A stretch of DNA of 63,762 bases, filler included, from Reticulomyxa filosa (Eukaryota > Protista > Foraminifera): the NCBI GenBank assembly GCA_000512085.1. It is 20 parts of 20 records of this genome, joined end to end, with 100 filler letters (N's around TTAATTAATTAA, not from the genome) between each part and the next. Parts side by side here need not be neighbours in the genome. Positions count along the whole stretch, not along the records: positions 51,321 to 53,939 come from ASPP01048593.1; positions 54,040 to 62,543 come from ASPP01024095.1; positions 62,644 to 63,762 come from ASPP01022764.1; 17 more parts are not named here. One strand, given 5' to 3'. The notes beneath the pieces are model-generated. The model searched no databases, was not told the DNA's origin, and saw only the letters and a program-made list of their open reading frames with translations. A program made the translations under genes and the position numbers. Positions 51,941 to 63,762 of the stretch are shown piece after piece. Each line of letters starts with the position of its first letter. Positions within the stretch are counted from its first letter, which is position 1.

Positions 51941-52573
51941 TTTATGGTTGCATTTTAATATTGTCTTTTTTTTCTATTGTAAAGTAAATTTTTTGTAAAA
52001 TTTACAAAAATTATATAAAAAAAATGATTAAACAAGTTAATTTCATATTTAAAAAACTACAAAGTTGAAAAAGTTTTTTTAATGATACTTTTTTTTTTTT
52101 AAGTTCGTTTTTTATCTTTCATAATTGATATAAATCAAATTTTTATTTTTTGATTTTTTATTAAGGAAATGTTGCAAATCAAAGGTAAGTTTACATCACA
52201 AGCAAATACATTAAAAACTTCTAGTGAAAAAAAATTAATTAAAATAATAATGTATAGACTGTTTTACAGAAGAAAATGAAGAAGAAACAATAAATGCAGA
52301 AACAATCAGTCAAAGAAATTTGTACATCCAGCAAAGTCAGGAAATTAAATGTTCTACATTTGACTCATATGATACAAAAATATTATCCAAAGAAATAGAT
52401 GAAAAAAATGATGCATTAACAAATGCGTCAAAGTCAACAAAAGAATCAATTATAATAATGATGAAATTTATTAATTTGCTAACTAATTGTGAAATGAAAA
52501 AGATTGCGTTTAATTGCACCAGAACACAAAAGGATTATTTGGTAAAACTGAAGAAAAACAATCAAATATATTG

Positions 52574-53082
52574 AAATACAGAGGAAATCCATGTGATTAT
52601 TTCGCTGTCCTTTCAACATTGCCTGAATCAAAACAATTTTTGATAGATGATAAAAAAAATTAGATTTATCTTCATACCCATTCCCGTGTCGTAATTTGAA
52701 AAATGCAAACTGCACACGTGGTGCATGTATCAGATGTAGAATCGTCTTTTACATTTATCATATAAAAGAAATGATTTGGATTTTGCCCTGTGGGCATTAT
52801 ATTTGTCAAATGTGCTGTCACAAATACTTTAATTTTATGTACAAAGTTAGTGACAGTTGGGATAATAAAGTGATGACATTGCATTATTCATTTATTGAAC
52901 GATTGGTAAAAGAAGGTAAAATTACTAGTTATAAGTATGAGACTTGTTTTCGTAAAGTAATTGAGTCAATTTGTATGGAAAAGGTATACAATAAAGATGG
53001 ATCATTTCATTATTGTTGTACTTATATTTTTTGTCCATGTCATGAACATGAATGCACAACAATTAGACAATTCTTTAGTTGA
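52574..53082 (+). CDS. RING-finger-like (C3HC4) protein, frameshifted at an A-run near 52655
   Basis: CIRC-x15-CGH-x2-C-x2-C ... CPC..HEC; the upstream frame continues as KYRGNPCDYFAVLSTLPESKQF. Confidence 0.55.
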
Positions 53083-53321
53083 ATACAACAACAAGAGAAT
53101 AAAAACAAATTCCCAAAGCATGCATTGACATTCAATACATAAATTGGAAAATTATTTTTAGAATACAGACGTAATTATTTTACATGGATAAATCTAGATA
53201 TTGATTATGAAATTGCAAAATCAAATAAAAAAATACGGAAAGTTTATTTGTTTGTCGAAAAAATATTGCATATAATAACGAAATAATTAATTTAAATATT
53301 GATAATGATCAATTGGTTATA

Positions 53322-53699
53322 ATGAAAAATTATGAAACATACAATATTACAAACATATTTAGAGAAAGAAAAAAAAAACGAAAATTTATAGAAATTAATG
53401 AAAATGATAAATCATTTTCAAAGAAAAATAAAAAATACAGAGAAAATGAAAACAAAGATTTTATCGAAATTAAAGAAAAATACAATGAAGTAAAACAACA
53501 TTTAACAGATATTTTAACAGAAAAAAAAGAGTTAGAAGAACAAATAAAAAAAGAACGTGATGAAAACAGTAGAAAAATGAAAGAAATGGAAAATATATTT
53601 CAATCACAATTCAAGCAATTTGAAGAACAATTGAAAAGCATTCAAAATGTATCCGCTCATGTTTCACAGCCACTGCAACAATCTCCTTTTCAAAATTAA
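53322..53699 (+). CDS. Hypothetical coiled-coil protein with basic NLS-like clusters
   Basis: RERKKKRK followed by an E/K-rich heptad segment and a Gln-rich continuation. Confidence 0.5.
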   Translation: MKNYETYNITNIFRERKKKRKFIEINENDKSFSKKNKKYRENENKDFIEIKEKYNEVKQHLTDILTEKKELEEQIKKERDENSRKMKEMENIFQSQFKQFEEQLKSIQNVSAHVSQPLQQSPFQN

Positions 53700-54904
53700 A
53701 TTCAAGAAATTGGAAAACAAATCGCCAGTCAGGTCGGCGAAACGATGAAAATATTTATGGAAAGCATGATACAAATGCAATACACAAATCAACAGCGACA
53801 ACATTACCAATACTCAAATTACTGCGGACAGCCAAATACTGCAATTGCACAATCAAATATTTTGCAAGGTGTTGATCAACATCAAAATCCAATTTGTAAT
53901 AAAAATTAGTAATATTTTTTAAAATGCTGATTTTTAATGNNNNNNNNNNNNNNNNNNNNNNNNNNNNNNNNNNNNNNNNNNNNTTAATTAATTAANNNNN
54001 NNNNNNNNNNNNNNNNNNNNNNNNNNNNNNNNNNNNNNNTTTTTTTTTTTCCTTGCAGCACAAGACAAATGAAACCTTGCCAAAGCCCAGGTGTTTTGGC
54101 GATTGACGAACTGTCTTTGAAAAAAATGAAAAACAATAACAAGGCTGGGAGGGGCATAATAATATATGAGAGAAGGGGAGGAGTATGTATTTGAAGCTTT
54201 TTTTTTTTCTTGCTCCTCCCTCATTCTTGGCCATCCCCTTTTTTTTTTCTCGTTTTTTCTTTGATAACACATACTAACAGATGAAAATAAATTATCTGTG
54301 TTGTGTGTTTGTGTGATCAGTGTGCGGAGTGAAAGTGAAGCGAGGTTGTGTGCGCGTGATGTGAAGATTGGAATCAGAGTGTGCTCAGTGTTTTTGCTTG
54401 TTTGTTGTTTGGGGGCTTGTTTTTGTTTGTTTGTTTTTTTTTTGCTTTTGCTTAAAGTCAGAATTATAGGGTGGGACCCCGGGAATCCCGTCTCTGAATT
54501 GAAATTTTGTTTAAACATTTCACTAGGCTATAGAATTCAAGGAAACACAAAGCTTTGTTGTTTTATTTTTTTTATGTAGCCAGGTATCAGCTCGATAGGA
54601 TGAATGATTATATCCTTTTTTTCATCTTAGAAAAGTAACATATTACGTATAACAAAAGGGAACTACCTATTATCCCTTTTTTTAAAGAATGCTACACAAA
54701 CTGCAAATGCTTTTATTTCAATATTCACTCTCAAATTTGTTTTAAATGTAGTTTTCTTGTGAGTAAGAGTAAAGTAACTTTTCACAAAGGGATAAAATGC
54801 CCTTTTAAGTTTGATTTTTTTTTTTCCCCCTAAATCAGTTTCCCTTTTTTTTTGTTCAAATAATAAGTTCTTTATTCGATCAAATATTTATCACAAGGAA
54901 AGAA

Positions 54905-56374
54905 ATGAGAGAAGTGTTGACAATAGAAGTTGGACAAGCAGGTATCCAAATGGGCAATGCGATTTGGGAGCAATATTGCGCAGAGCATGGAATTGACCGA
55001 ACGGGACAGCGAAAGGAGGCAAATAAAAATCGGGACACTTCATTTAAAGTATTTTTCGAAGAAACGGAGAGTGGACAATTTGTCCCGCGGAACATAGCAG
55101 TTGAGTCAGAAAACGTGTGTTATATCTGCACAAACTGTTGTGACCCTTACCCTTCCTCCCTTTCTTCCTTTCTTCCTTTTTCCGATATGTGATGTAAAAT
55201 GTAAAATGTAAAATAAATAAAAAAAAAAAAAAAAAAGGTGGATTTGGAACCGAGTGTAATCGATGACGTGAAGAACGGGCCATTTGCATCAATATTTCAT
55301 CCCGAGTACCTGTTGAACGGGAAGGAGGATGCAGCAAACAACTTTGCACGTGGACACTACTCCGTGGGTAAGCCGATGTTGGACAGAGTGATGGACAAGA
55401 TGAGGAAGTTGGTGGAGCGCAGTGATAACGTGATGGGATTTCAAATGGCTCACAGTGTCGGTGGAGGCACGGGTTCGGGTTTGGGAGCATCGATACTGGA
55501 GCGACTTACCGTCGATTATCGTAAAATCCCCAAATTGGGATTTGAAGTGTATCCTTCACCCAATTTGTCGACGTGTGTGGTGGAGCCGTATAATGCACTT
55601 TTGGCAACTCATAGTTTGCTGGAAAACACTGATGTGTCATTTGTGCTGGACAATGAGGCCCTTTATGGCATTTGCCAAAAGCAATTACGTATTCAAAAAC
55701 CGGACTTTGATAACTTGAATCGATTGATCGCCAAAGTCATTTCGTCGGTCACTGCGTCCATTCGATTCAGCGGAGAACTGTCAGTCGACGTCGCTGATTT
55801 TTTAACCAATTTGGTCCCCTTCCCAAGACTACATTTTATGACCACTGGCATGAGCCCCATCATTCCCAAAATGAATGTATCCATGATCCCTGTGGATGTC
55901 CACAAAATTACTGACGATTGCTTCAAACCACAAAACTGGTTTGTCAAGTTCACAGAGTTTGATCCTGACGAAGACAGATATATGGCCATTTCTCTTAGCT
56001 ATCGTGGCAATATTCAACCCAGAGACTCCAGCAATGCCATTCAGTGGCTCAAAGATAATAACAAAATACGCTTGGTTGAATGGTGTCCGACCGGATTCAA
56101 GGTGGGACTCAATGACGTACCCGCCGCGACGTTGGAGTCCGATGACATTGCCGCGTTTGACAAAAACGCCGTCATGATCGCTAACAACACGGCCATTTCG
56201 CGGGTTTTTACAAAACGAATCGCACAAAAGTTTGACTTGATGTATTCTCAACGCGCTTTTGTGCATTGGTTTGTTGGCGAGGGCATGGAAGAAGGAGAAT
56301 TTGCAGAAGCAAGAGAAGATTTAGATTGTTTATCCCAAGAATACTTGGACGTTTTGAAAGAACCCTCAGATTAA
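54905..56374 (+). CDS. TUBA: Divergent alpha-tubulin (foraminiferan/Retaria type-2-like)
   Basis: MREV...GQAGIQ.GNA.WE.YC.EHGI; intron 55100-55237; GKEDAANNFARG, GGGTGSG, WCPTGFKVG, AFVHWFVGEGMEEGEF.EARE. Confidence 0.95.
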
Positions 56375-58080
56375 CTTGTTTTAAAAAATCCATTTTTGGA
56401 GAAATTTTTAAAAAGCATGCTCTTTCTTTTTTTTTTTTTTTGCATTAAAAAAAAAATAATAAAATGAAAGACATGTTCGAGTTGTTATTCACATTTCTTT
56501 TTCTTTTTTTATAAACAAAATATTGTTGTAGTTTGTGCTGTCATGTTTGTTTTGACAAAATGTTTTGACTTTTTTTTTGAATTAGAGATAAGGTCTTGAG
56601 TCTTTGAAATGATTATCTAAAATTATATTAAACATATTTTTGTACTGCATGACCTTTTGTTTTTTACTTTTTGAATTAGGGTAAACTTTACACAACTGTT
56701 GCAAATGATAAAGACAATTGTTCAATCTGACCTTAATTTTTTTACTTATAATACTATTTTTTTTTCTTTCCTCTCAATATTTCATAGATGAATGCATAAC
56801 ATTGCTCGAGCATCCACTGATTAAAACTGCTTGCTTTTGTACGTCGATTGGAATTTACTAAAAAATCTGTGGGTAGCGCTCTTTTTTAGATATGGTGCAC
56901 TTTTCGTGGTTGCGACTATAAAGTGATTTAACTTAACTTTTTACATGTGAAATCACAGTATTGTTTATGTTAGAAGTTGAAAACACTTGCAGTGTGGAAA
57001 CATGTGTGACAATACAATAAATAACTGCAAAATATGATAAATGAAATCACAAATTAATTATATGCAAGCTATGTTATGCTTATATAGTATAAACTATTAA
57101 TCAGTTCACCAAAGTATATATATTAGCTTTCATTGTAAGGAACTAATATGAAGAGATTTCTTGTATTGTAACAATGCATCAGTATTATGGCAGTGTCAAT
57201 ACTTAATTTTTTTTTTCATTTTTCATTTGAAAGAAAACAAGAAGTTGCAATAAGAATAACATAATGTGTTTTTTATTAATTTTCAAAAAAAACAGAAATT
57301 AAATCAATTGCAAAAAAGTTATAAAAAAAAATACAATGATATTAGATAAGTACAAAATATTGTCTGCTGAAAAAAGAATCAACATAGTTAAACAGAACTT
57401 TTTTTACAGTTTATCAAACAATTCACTTATGGACTGGGAAATAATGTAAACAAATATTTAATTCTAATGTTGATCCTGGTATACAAATAAAAAGTTTCGA
57501 TGCATCATCACACAATAGCTTACTTCGTCTGACGATGAATATGTTATATTTTTTTCGCCGATATTTTTTTTGTTGTTTAGATTCTCGGTTGATTTTTTCT
57601 TTGTTCGTTTGTTGTTTTTTTTTATGCCTAACACATTTTTGATATGATTTGTTTGCTGAAGCAAAGTCTGTTCATAAAATATTTTGATTTGCGTGATAAC
57701 TCGTTTTCAAAGAATTTTCTGGATGAAGAGTGAAAATATTTAGATGAAACATTTTGTGGTGATTCGTTTCCACGCATTATGTACAACAAAATTTTTTTTT
57801 TATAAACCCGCGATTTTGGGATATCCCCATTGTAACAAGACACCAAATAAAAGCTGAAATTGGACATTTATTTCAGAGCAGTGGCGAAAGCCAAAAGAAA
57901 ACATAATAGGAATATGCAAAAGACTATGTAATTTTTTTTTTCCAAAGAAAAGGAAAAATAGTAAGCCGTGTAGTACATGTCCAGTATTTTTCCCTCCAAT
58001 GTACAACGTGTGATAAAAGGAAAAAAAAAAAAAAAAAAAAAAGACAAAACAAATGAAGGCCATCCATAACATTTCTGCGT

Positions 58081-60000
58081 TTAATTGTTTTTGTACCCTC
58101 CTTGGACTAATCGAGCACTAATGAAAAAAGCGATTAACAAAACGCACACCATGCCCCCTAAAGCAAAAAAGGAGACAGTTTTGCTGTTTCCATGACGCCA
58201 GGTTCCAAAGCAATAGCTGTCGTGCAAAATGGCACTACCATGAGAGGGCGAAATCCCCATGATATCGGCAGTGTATTGGTACGTAGCCATAGTAAGCTGA
58301 AGCAGTCCATCCATAGCCCATTTGGGTGGCGACACATAGCTGACAGCGGCCACAATGGTATGTACATTGATGCACATGCGAATAGTTCCCCCACTCAGCA
58401 GCAGCCAAATGAAGTGTATGGCACCAGCGCTCAAGTACATGACACTGGCCTTGCGAGTGACCAGAGCAATGCTGAGAGCCAAGACCTCGCAGACGACGGC
58501 GAGCAGTAGCAAGACGAGACCAAAGTAGACAAAGTTGGAGAAGCCGCTGAGTCCGAGCACGAAGAAGTAGCAAATGACAACAAAGATTTGAGTAACAGGA
58601 AGAGAGAGAAAAGCAAAGACAAGAGCAGAGACGACATAAGCAGAAGGACGATATAAATTTTGATTCATATCACTTTCGAAAATTTTGGCAGTATGTTGTG
58701 CATGGGGTAGTGCCAGCAAGGATAAGCCTTGAATGCCGGCAAAGCCCAAGGACAGACTGGTGATCAAATCGGTATAATCTCTGGGATACTTTCTGCCTTG
58801 GGCATTGCCATGGCATAGCACATAGAACAAGCCAATCCACAGGAAGGTGACAATGATGCGCGACAAGAATGTGATAAAGTCGCGTTTGAACGACAGCCAC
58901 GATCGACTCATTAACACACGAAATTGGGCAAACCACGACGTGGCATAATGCAAGCTGCTATCATTTTCAACTTTGATATAATAATTATTTTTCTTAATAT
59001 TTTGCATTTGCTCCTTTCTGCGCTTTCTGTGATTGGCATTCAATTTCGAGTATTGAATCTCCTCAAACACATTGCTGGCATGTTGCAACAGCTTTTCCAA
59101 ATACTTTTCGGCATTCTCTTCCGTCTGATGCGCGCCGCTTACGTCGGGTACTGTCAATCCCAAATGTGATCATAGATCGAGGTTTCCTCAGGAATGGGGT
59201 ATCCAAGGCGACTAAAAAAGTCTACGGCATGGCGCACTCTTCCAAAATACAATTGCTTGCCTTTGCTCAAGAACAAGCATTTTTGAAACTTTTCTAACAG
59301 CAACTTTGTAGGGTGTTCCATCGTCACAAATACAGTCAGCAACTTCACTTCGGCCAATGATATGATATCTCGAATCACTCTTTCGGCCGCGAGCAAATCC
59401 AAACCTTCTGTCGGCTCATCCAAAAAAAATCATCTTCTTATTCTCCATCAACACTTGTGCCAAACCCACACGCACGCGATCTTCCGCACTGATTGGCTTG
59501 CCTTTCACGCCTCCGTCGATATGACAACTCTTCACATTCGTCAGCTGCACCTCTTCCAACACTCTCTCCACTTTCGTCTTACGCGTTCGCTCGTCCATCG
59601 TCGATGGCAACACCAGACGTGCTGTAAAGTCCACCGACTCCTCCACTGTCATTTGCCCTACCAATGATGACCCTGCGTGCTGCAGGTATGATGTCATTGC
59701 GCGCATTTGCGGCGCCGCCAAACGCGTGCCGTTCACGTGCACTTCGCCCAGGCACACGTGCTTGTTCGTACGTCCACTCAACAACTGCAACAAACGCTCT
59801 TTCCCACTGTTTCGGGGACCGATTATTGCACACACTGTACCCGCCTCCACGTGACCCTCGATACTCTCCAAAAATACCTCTCTCTTCTCATCTTGTCGTC
59901 CACGCTTCTTCGAGTACGAGTGGATGTAAAAATCTATTTTAAACGCTGAGTCCAAGTCCAAACGATCGCTTTCTTTATTTGTATCCTCATCATCTGCCAT
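58081..60000 (-). CDS. ABCG/White-family half transporter (NBD-TMD) with degenerate NBD and two compensating frameshifts
   Basis: LDEPT.GLD Walker B/D-loop, QF.VL..RSW start of the TMD, six hydrophobic helices. ORFs 59416-60000 and 58081-59163 share a frame; the middle part is shifted by indels at 59422-59429 (A8) and 59162-59164 (A3). Confidence 0.88.
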
Positions 60001-60424
60001 CTTTCACACAATTTTTTTTTTTTTTCACTCTACTAATTTACCAAAATTTCCAGATTGGAAAAATGTCCAATGATAAAACTCTTCAATGTTTCCAACAGCA
60101 AAAAAAAATCTTTCGAGAAATAAACCCTTTATTAGACAATACTTTTCCTCCAACTTTAATCTATCTCAAAGTTACTAAAGTTGTTTTGTTTTCGTCACTT
60201 TGTGCAAGCGTGCACAAGTTATTTCATTTGCTGTTTTAATTTCTCTTTGAGGAGTCTCTTGCTGTTCAATTTTCATTTTTTCTGTTTCTTTTCCGTGTGC
60301 ATCATCTGGTTAGTGAGCTTTCAAGTGGGAGAACTTCTCTTCAAAATTCAGGCTCATTTACCTTTACTATCTCATTTTGCTAATCAATTTTGATTTTCTG
60401 AGGAACCCTTGTTAACAAAATAAC

Positions 60425-61021
60425 ATGGCGGAGGAGTTGAGTTTCACGTGTTTGTTATTTTGAACTCCTTCTTAGTGGCAAAGAAAGTTGCGAAAAAAAG
60501 TGAAGCAAAATAAAACAAAATTACATAAAAAAAAATAAAAAGAAAAGTGGACATTGCCGTCGCAATTCAAAACGTTTTGAAACACGCCCGAGTGAACGAC
60601 GCACTTGCACGAGGATTGCGTGAGGTGACAAAAGCCATTGAGTCCAAGAAAGCTGTCTTTGTGATCGTTTCCGAATCATGCAACGACACAGGATATCTCG
60701 ACTTGGTGAAGACCTTGGCTGCTGATTGTAAAATCCCAACACTTTTTGTTAAGTGGACAAATTTGTGGAAACAGGACTTCGAAAAGGGAGGTGTAGAGGT
60801 CTGACTTAAAACTTGATGTTGTTTGTTATGTTTAGGTTCAAAATAGCACTGACTTAGGCCAATGGTGTGGATTGGTCCGTTATGACCGAACACAAGAAAA
60901 CAAACAAGTGATCAAGAAGGTGGTTAAATGCTCTAGCTGCGCTGTTTTACAAGGAGGCTTAGATGAGAGCGCACCTGAAACAAAGGCCGTTTTGCAAGTC
61001 ATTAGTCAACAAAAGAAGTAA
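60425..61021 (+). CDS. RPS12: 40S ribosomal protein S12 (eS12, L7Ae family)
   Basis: AIQNVLK.A...DALARGLRE..KAIE...C....Y..LV..L; intron 60748-60835; LGQWCGL..YD.....KKVVKCSSCAV; stop 61019-61021. Confidence 0.92.
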
Positions 61022-61328
61022 ACCCACTTCTCCTTTTCGTTTGTATTTTGATGAGTTAAATCAAATTTCGAGAGTGAAATTTGGCTATCAAATTAAAAAG
61101 GGGTCACACTTCATTTTTTATCGCAAAAAATATAAAGTAACTTTTTTGGATCCGGTTGTTATGAGGATAAAACAAATCCACGTTTCACGTACACTTTTCA
61201 ATAGAAAATTTCATGTTATCGAAAAATATGTGTACCAGTTGGCGGTAGTCTTCGTTACTATTGTTCCCTCGTGTTTAAAAAATTATCAATACTTCCTCTC
61301 TTGAAGCTCCTTTGCAACTATCATACAA

Positions 61329-62543
61329 ATGAGTGGCTCAGAACAAAGTTCGTTCAAGTGGCCTGCATTGGACGATTTATACGACAATTTTGAACAAAAC
61401 AAAAAGTATTTAGAGGAATTTGACGACACTACACAGAAGCTTCATTCTGAACTGAAGTGTCTGATCGACAATGCAACAACAGTACCGAATGTTTATGACG
61501 AAAAGATACTAGACAATAAAGAAGAGTCAGTTACGTGAAACGACGATATTGAATCAAACAACTCACTAAAAAAAAAAAAGCTGAGACAAAAACAGTGTTA
61601 TGAGGATTAAAATACACGATTGTTGATAGAAATCAGAAGATGATATGAACGCTACATTGGAAATACCAAGTGAAGTAAAGCAATTCTGTAAAACAACAAG
61701 TACTCGGTTGACGGAAGCAGCACTTGCATTGAGAATTGAAACAGCAGAAATGGTGAAGTTGCGCCGTATACTGCAGTGGCTCGTTGACGAAACAAAAGTG
61801 GAGAAAAGGATGTTATTGGAAAAAATGGGGACACTAACCCAATTGTAAGTAGCTTTTTGAATACACACAAAACCTTACAAATAAAAAAAGTTGTTCGATT
61901 GGGATACACATAATAATAATAATATATGCATAATATATACATCAAAGACAATTTGTGGAAACAGATAAAAAGAATGTGTCACTACTGTTGATCGGAGAAA
62001 GCGGAGCAGGGAAGACCACTCTGCGATTTGCCATTCGAGATTGTCTGAATGGAATCAAATTCGAAAATGTGAGATCTACATAGATGAAGAAGATGAAAGC
62101 TACAAACAAGACGGCGCGGAACGACCCAAAGACGGAAGTGCACAAACATTGGACTGCGTCTCCACACACATTGAAAACGACGAGTTTCGAGTACACCTTA
62201 TCGACACCCCGGGTTTTGTGGATCCAGAAGGGGCACCCAAGATCAAAAAAATTGGGAAAACATATCCAGTAACATTGACGGACTCGAGTTCAACGCAATT
62301 GTGATTGTGTTGAAAGGAAACACGAACCGACTGCACAAAGGCATGAGTGAGGAGTTGTCCAAGCTGCATCAGCGTCTACACGAGGAATGTAAAAAGAATA
62401 CATTTGTTTTGTTTTCAAGCGCCATGTCCGCACCTGGAGAAGAGACACTACGTTTGATGGAACAATTGCAAGTACCATTCCAAGCGTTTGCATGGTTGGA
62501 CAATGAGCGCTACAAACAAGGATTTAACCTTAAAACGGCCAAG
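61329..62543 (+). CDS. P-loop GTPase (TRAFAC class, AIG1/Toc34/septin-like), 3'-partial, spliced
   Basis: LLLIGESGAGKTT at about 61982-62020 (frame absent from the ORF track), GSAQT (G2), HLIDTPGF.D (G3), NAIVIVLK...NRL; two 1-nt shifts at A-runs near 62065 and 62240. Confidence 0.8.
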
Positions 62544-62643
62544 NNNNNNNNNNNNNNNNNNNNNNNNNNNNNNNNNNNNNNNNNNNNTTAATTAATTAAN
62601 NNNNNNNNNNNNNNNNNNNNNNNNNNNNNNNNNNNNNNNNNNN

Positions 62644-63762
62644 TCTAACAATATTTTCATGTCCATTGAAAATATGTAATGATTTTGATGTTGCAACATC
62701 CCATAAACGAATTGTTTTGTCAGTTGATCCAGAACACAAATATCTACCACCATTAAATGGTGAAAATTCAATACCATAGACATAACCAGTATGTCCATTG
62801 AATATTTGTAATTGCTTATTATTTTTGAAATCCCAAAAACGAATAGTTTTGTCAGATGATGAAAAACAAATGACATTTTGGTGATGATTATGATAATGAT
62901 ATGATGAAAATTTCACACAAAACGCTTCGGATGAATGTCCATAGAATGATTGAATTTGCTTGTTGTTATCAATATCCCATAAACGAACTGTTTTATCATG
63001 TGATCCAGAACAAATGAATTGACAATCATCAAACGTTGAATAATCAATACTCCACACATAGCTGGTATGTCCAGTGAATGTCTTGTTTAATTTAAAAGAA
63101 CGAACCAATTGAAAATCTAAAGTGGATGATGTGTCAATAATATTTGGTTTTCGTTCTTCTTTATGTTCATCAATTTGTTGAATTTTTTGTTTTTGTTTTA
63201 ATTGAATTTCTCCTTTTATTTTTTTAATTTCATTGTCTTTTGATTCGATATTTTTTTTTAATTTTTCAATCTCAACAAATGTTGTTTTCTGTTTAATTAT
63301 TATCGCTATTGTCATTATTTGCTTTTAATATTTTGAATATATTAAAGCAACAAGAAAAACATAACAAACTTGAGCAGAGTTTAATTGTAGATTGTCTTTT
63401 TGATATTGATTTAATTGTTGTTTTAAATGTGCAATCTCTTCATCTTTTTTCCCTTTCAATTGTAATTCCACTTTAAGTGTTTCATTTTCCAATTTTAATT
63501 TCCTAATTTCATCCTATTTTTATTTTTTTCAAGATGGGCATCAATTGTTTTATTTGATATCATCAATAAATAATGATACCTGATATTGTCGAATAGTTTG
63601 TTGTAATGTGTTAAATGATTTGATAACCAAGTCAAAATGTGATTTTATATTTGATGTCAAATGATCATGAATCGTAGATTTTAAACATTTGTGATTGCAT
63701 CCAAATGACTCAAACCAACATTTCACCATTTGTAGACAACAAGAATGTTCCAAATGATCATT
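62644..63762 (-). CDS. TRAF-type zinc finger + coiled coil + WD40 repeat protein (third paralogue), partial
   Basis: CWFESFGCNH.C......HL TRAF-type finger, coiled-coil exons, and WD40 blades alignable with 9900-10379. Confidence 0.92.

Noticed and set aside
59154-59430. Programmed ribosomal frameshifting (ABCG, MTR4, GTPase, 2840 and 23123 all break frame)
   Set aside because: Shifts go in both directions, sit mostly in homopolymer runs, share no slippery-stop motif and also affect the bacterial contig. Pyrosequencing-type indel error is simpler; raw reads would settle it.

Overview
This window is not one locus. It is 20 unrelated contigs (1-16 kb) joined by 19 artificial 100-nt linkers (N44-TTAATTAATTAA-N44), so adjacency across linkers means nothing. 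Nineteen contigs are AT-rich, intron-containing eukaryotic DNA. Their gene families (RING/TRAF-ZnF-coiled-coil-WD40 and Kelch expansions, a strongly divergent alpha-tubulin, Asn-rich low-complexity proteins) point to a foraminiferan such as Reticulomyxa filosa; this is inference from pattern recognition, not a search. One contig (21484-23197) is GC-rich bacterial DNA encoding a HIT protein, an SseA-type sulfurtransferase and a YdeN/RBBP9 hydrolase. Recognisable eukaryotic genes include VPS13, an F-BAR protein, an RBR E3 ligase, MTR4, an O-methyltransferase, a permuted papain-fold peptidase, an ELMO-domain protein, alpha-tubulin, ABCG, RPS12, a Rab-like protein and an AIG1/septin-like GTPase. 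Many ORFs are broken at homopolymer runs, probably sequencing errors. The most interesting signals are: TRAF7-like WD40 paralogues whose variation concentrates at propeller top-face positions (candidate diversified recognition repertoire); an alpha-tubulin with natural E254D, a rewritten M-loop and no acidic tail; a Rab without the G3 motif; an ABCG with degenerate Walker A and signature; a 20-bp palindromic tandem array next to a RING-like ORF; a Tc1-like element plus a 32-bp fused-ends remnant; and a dispersed repeat with a conserved GNRA hairpin.
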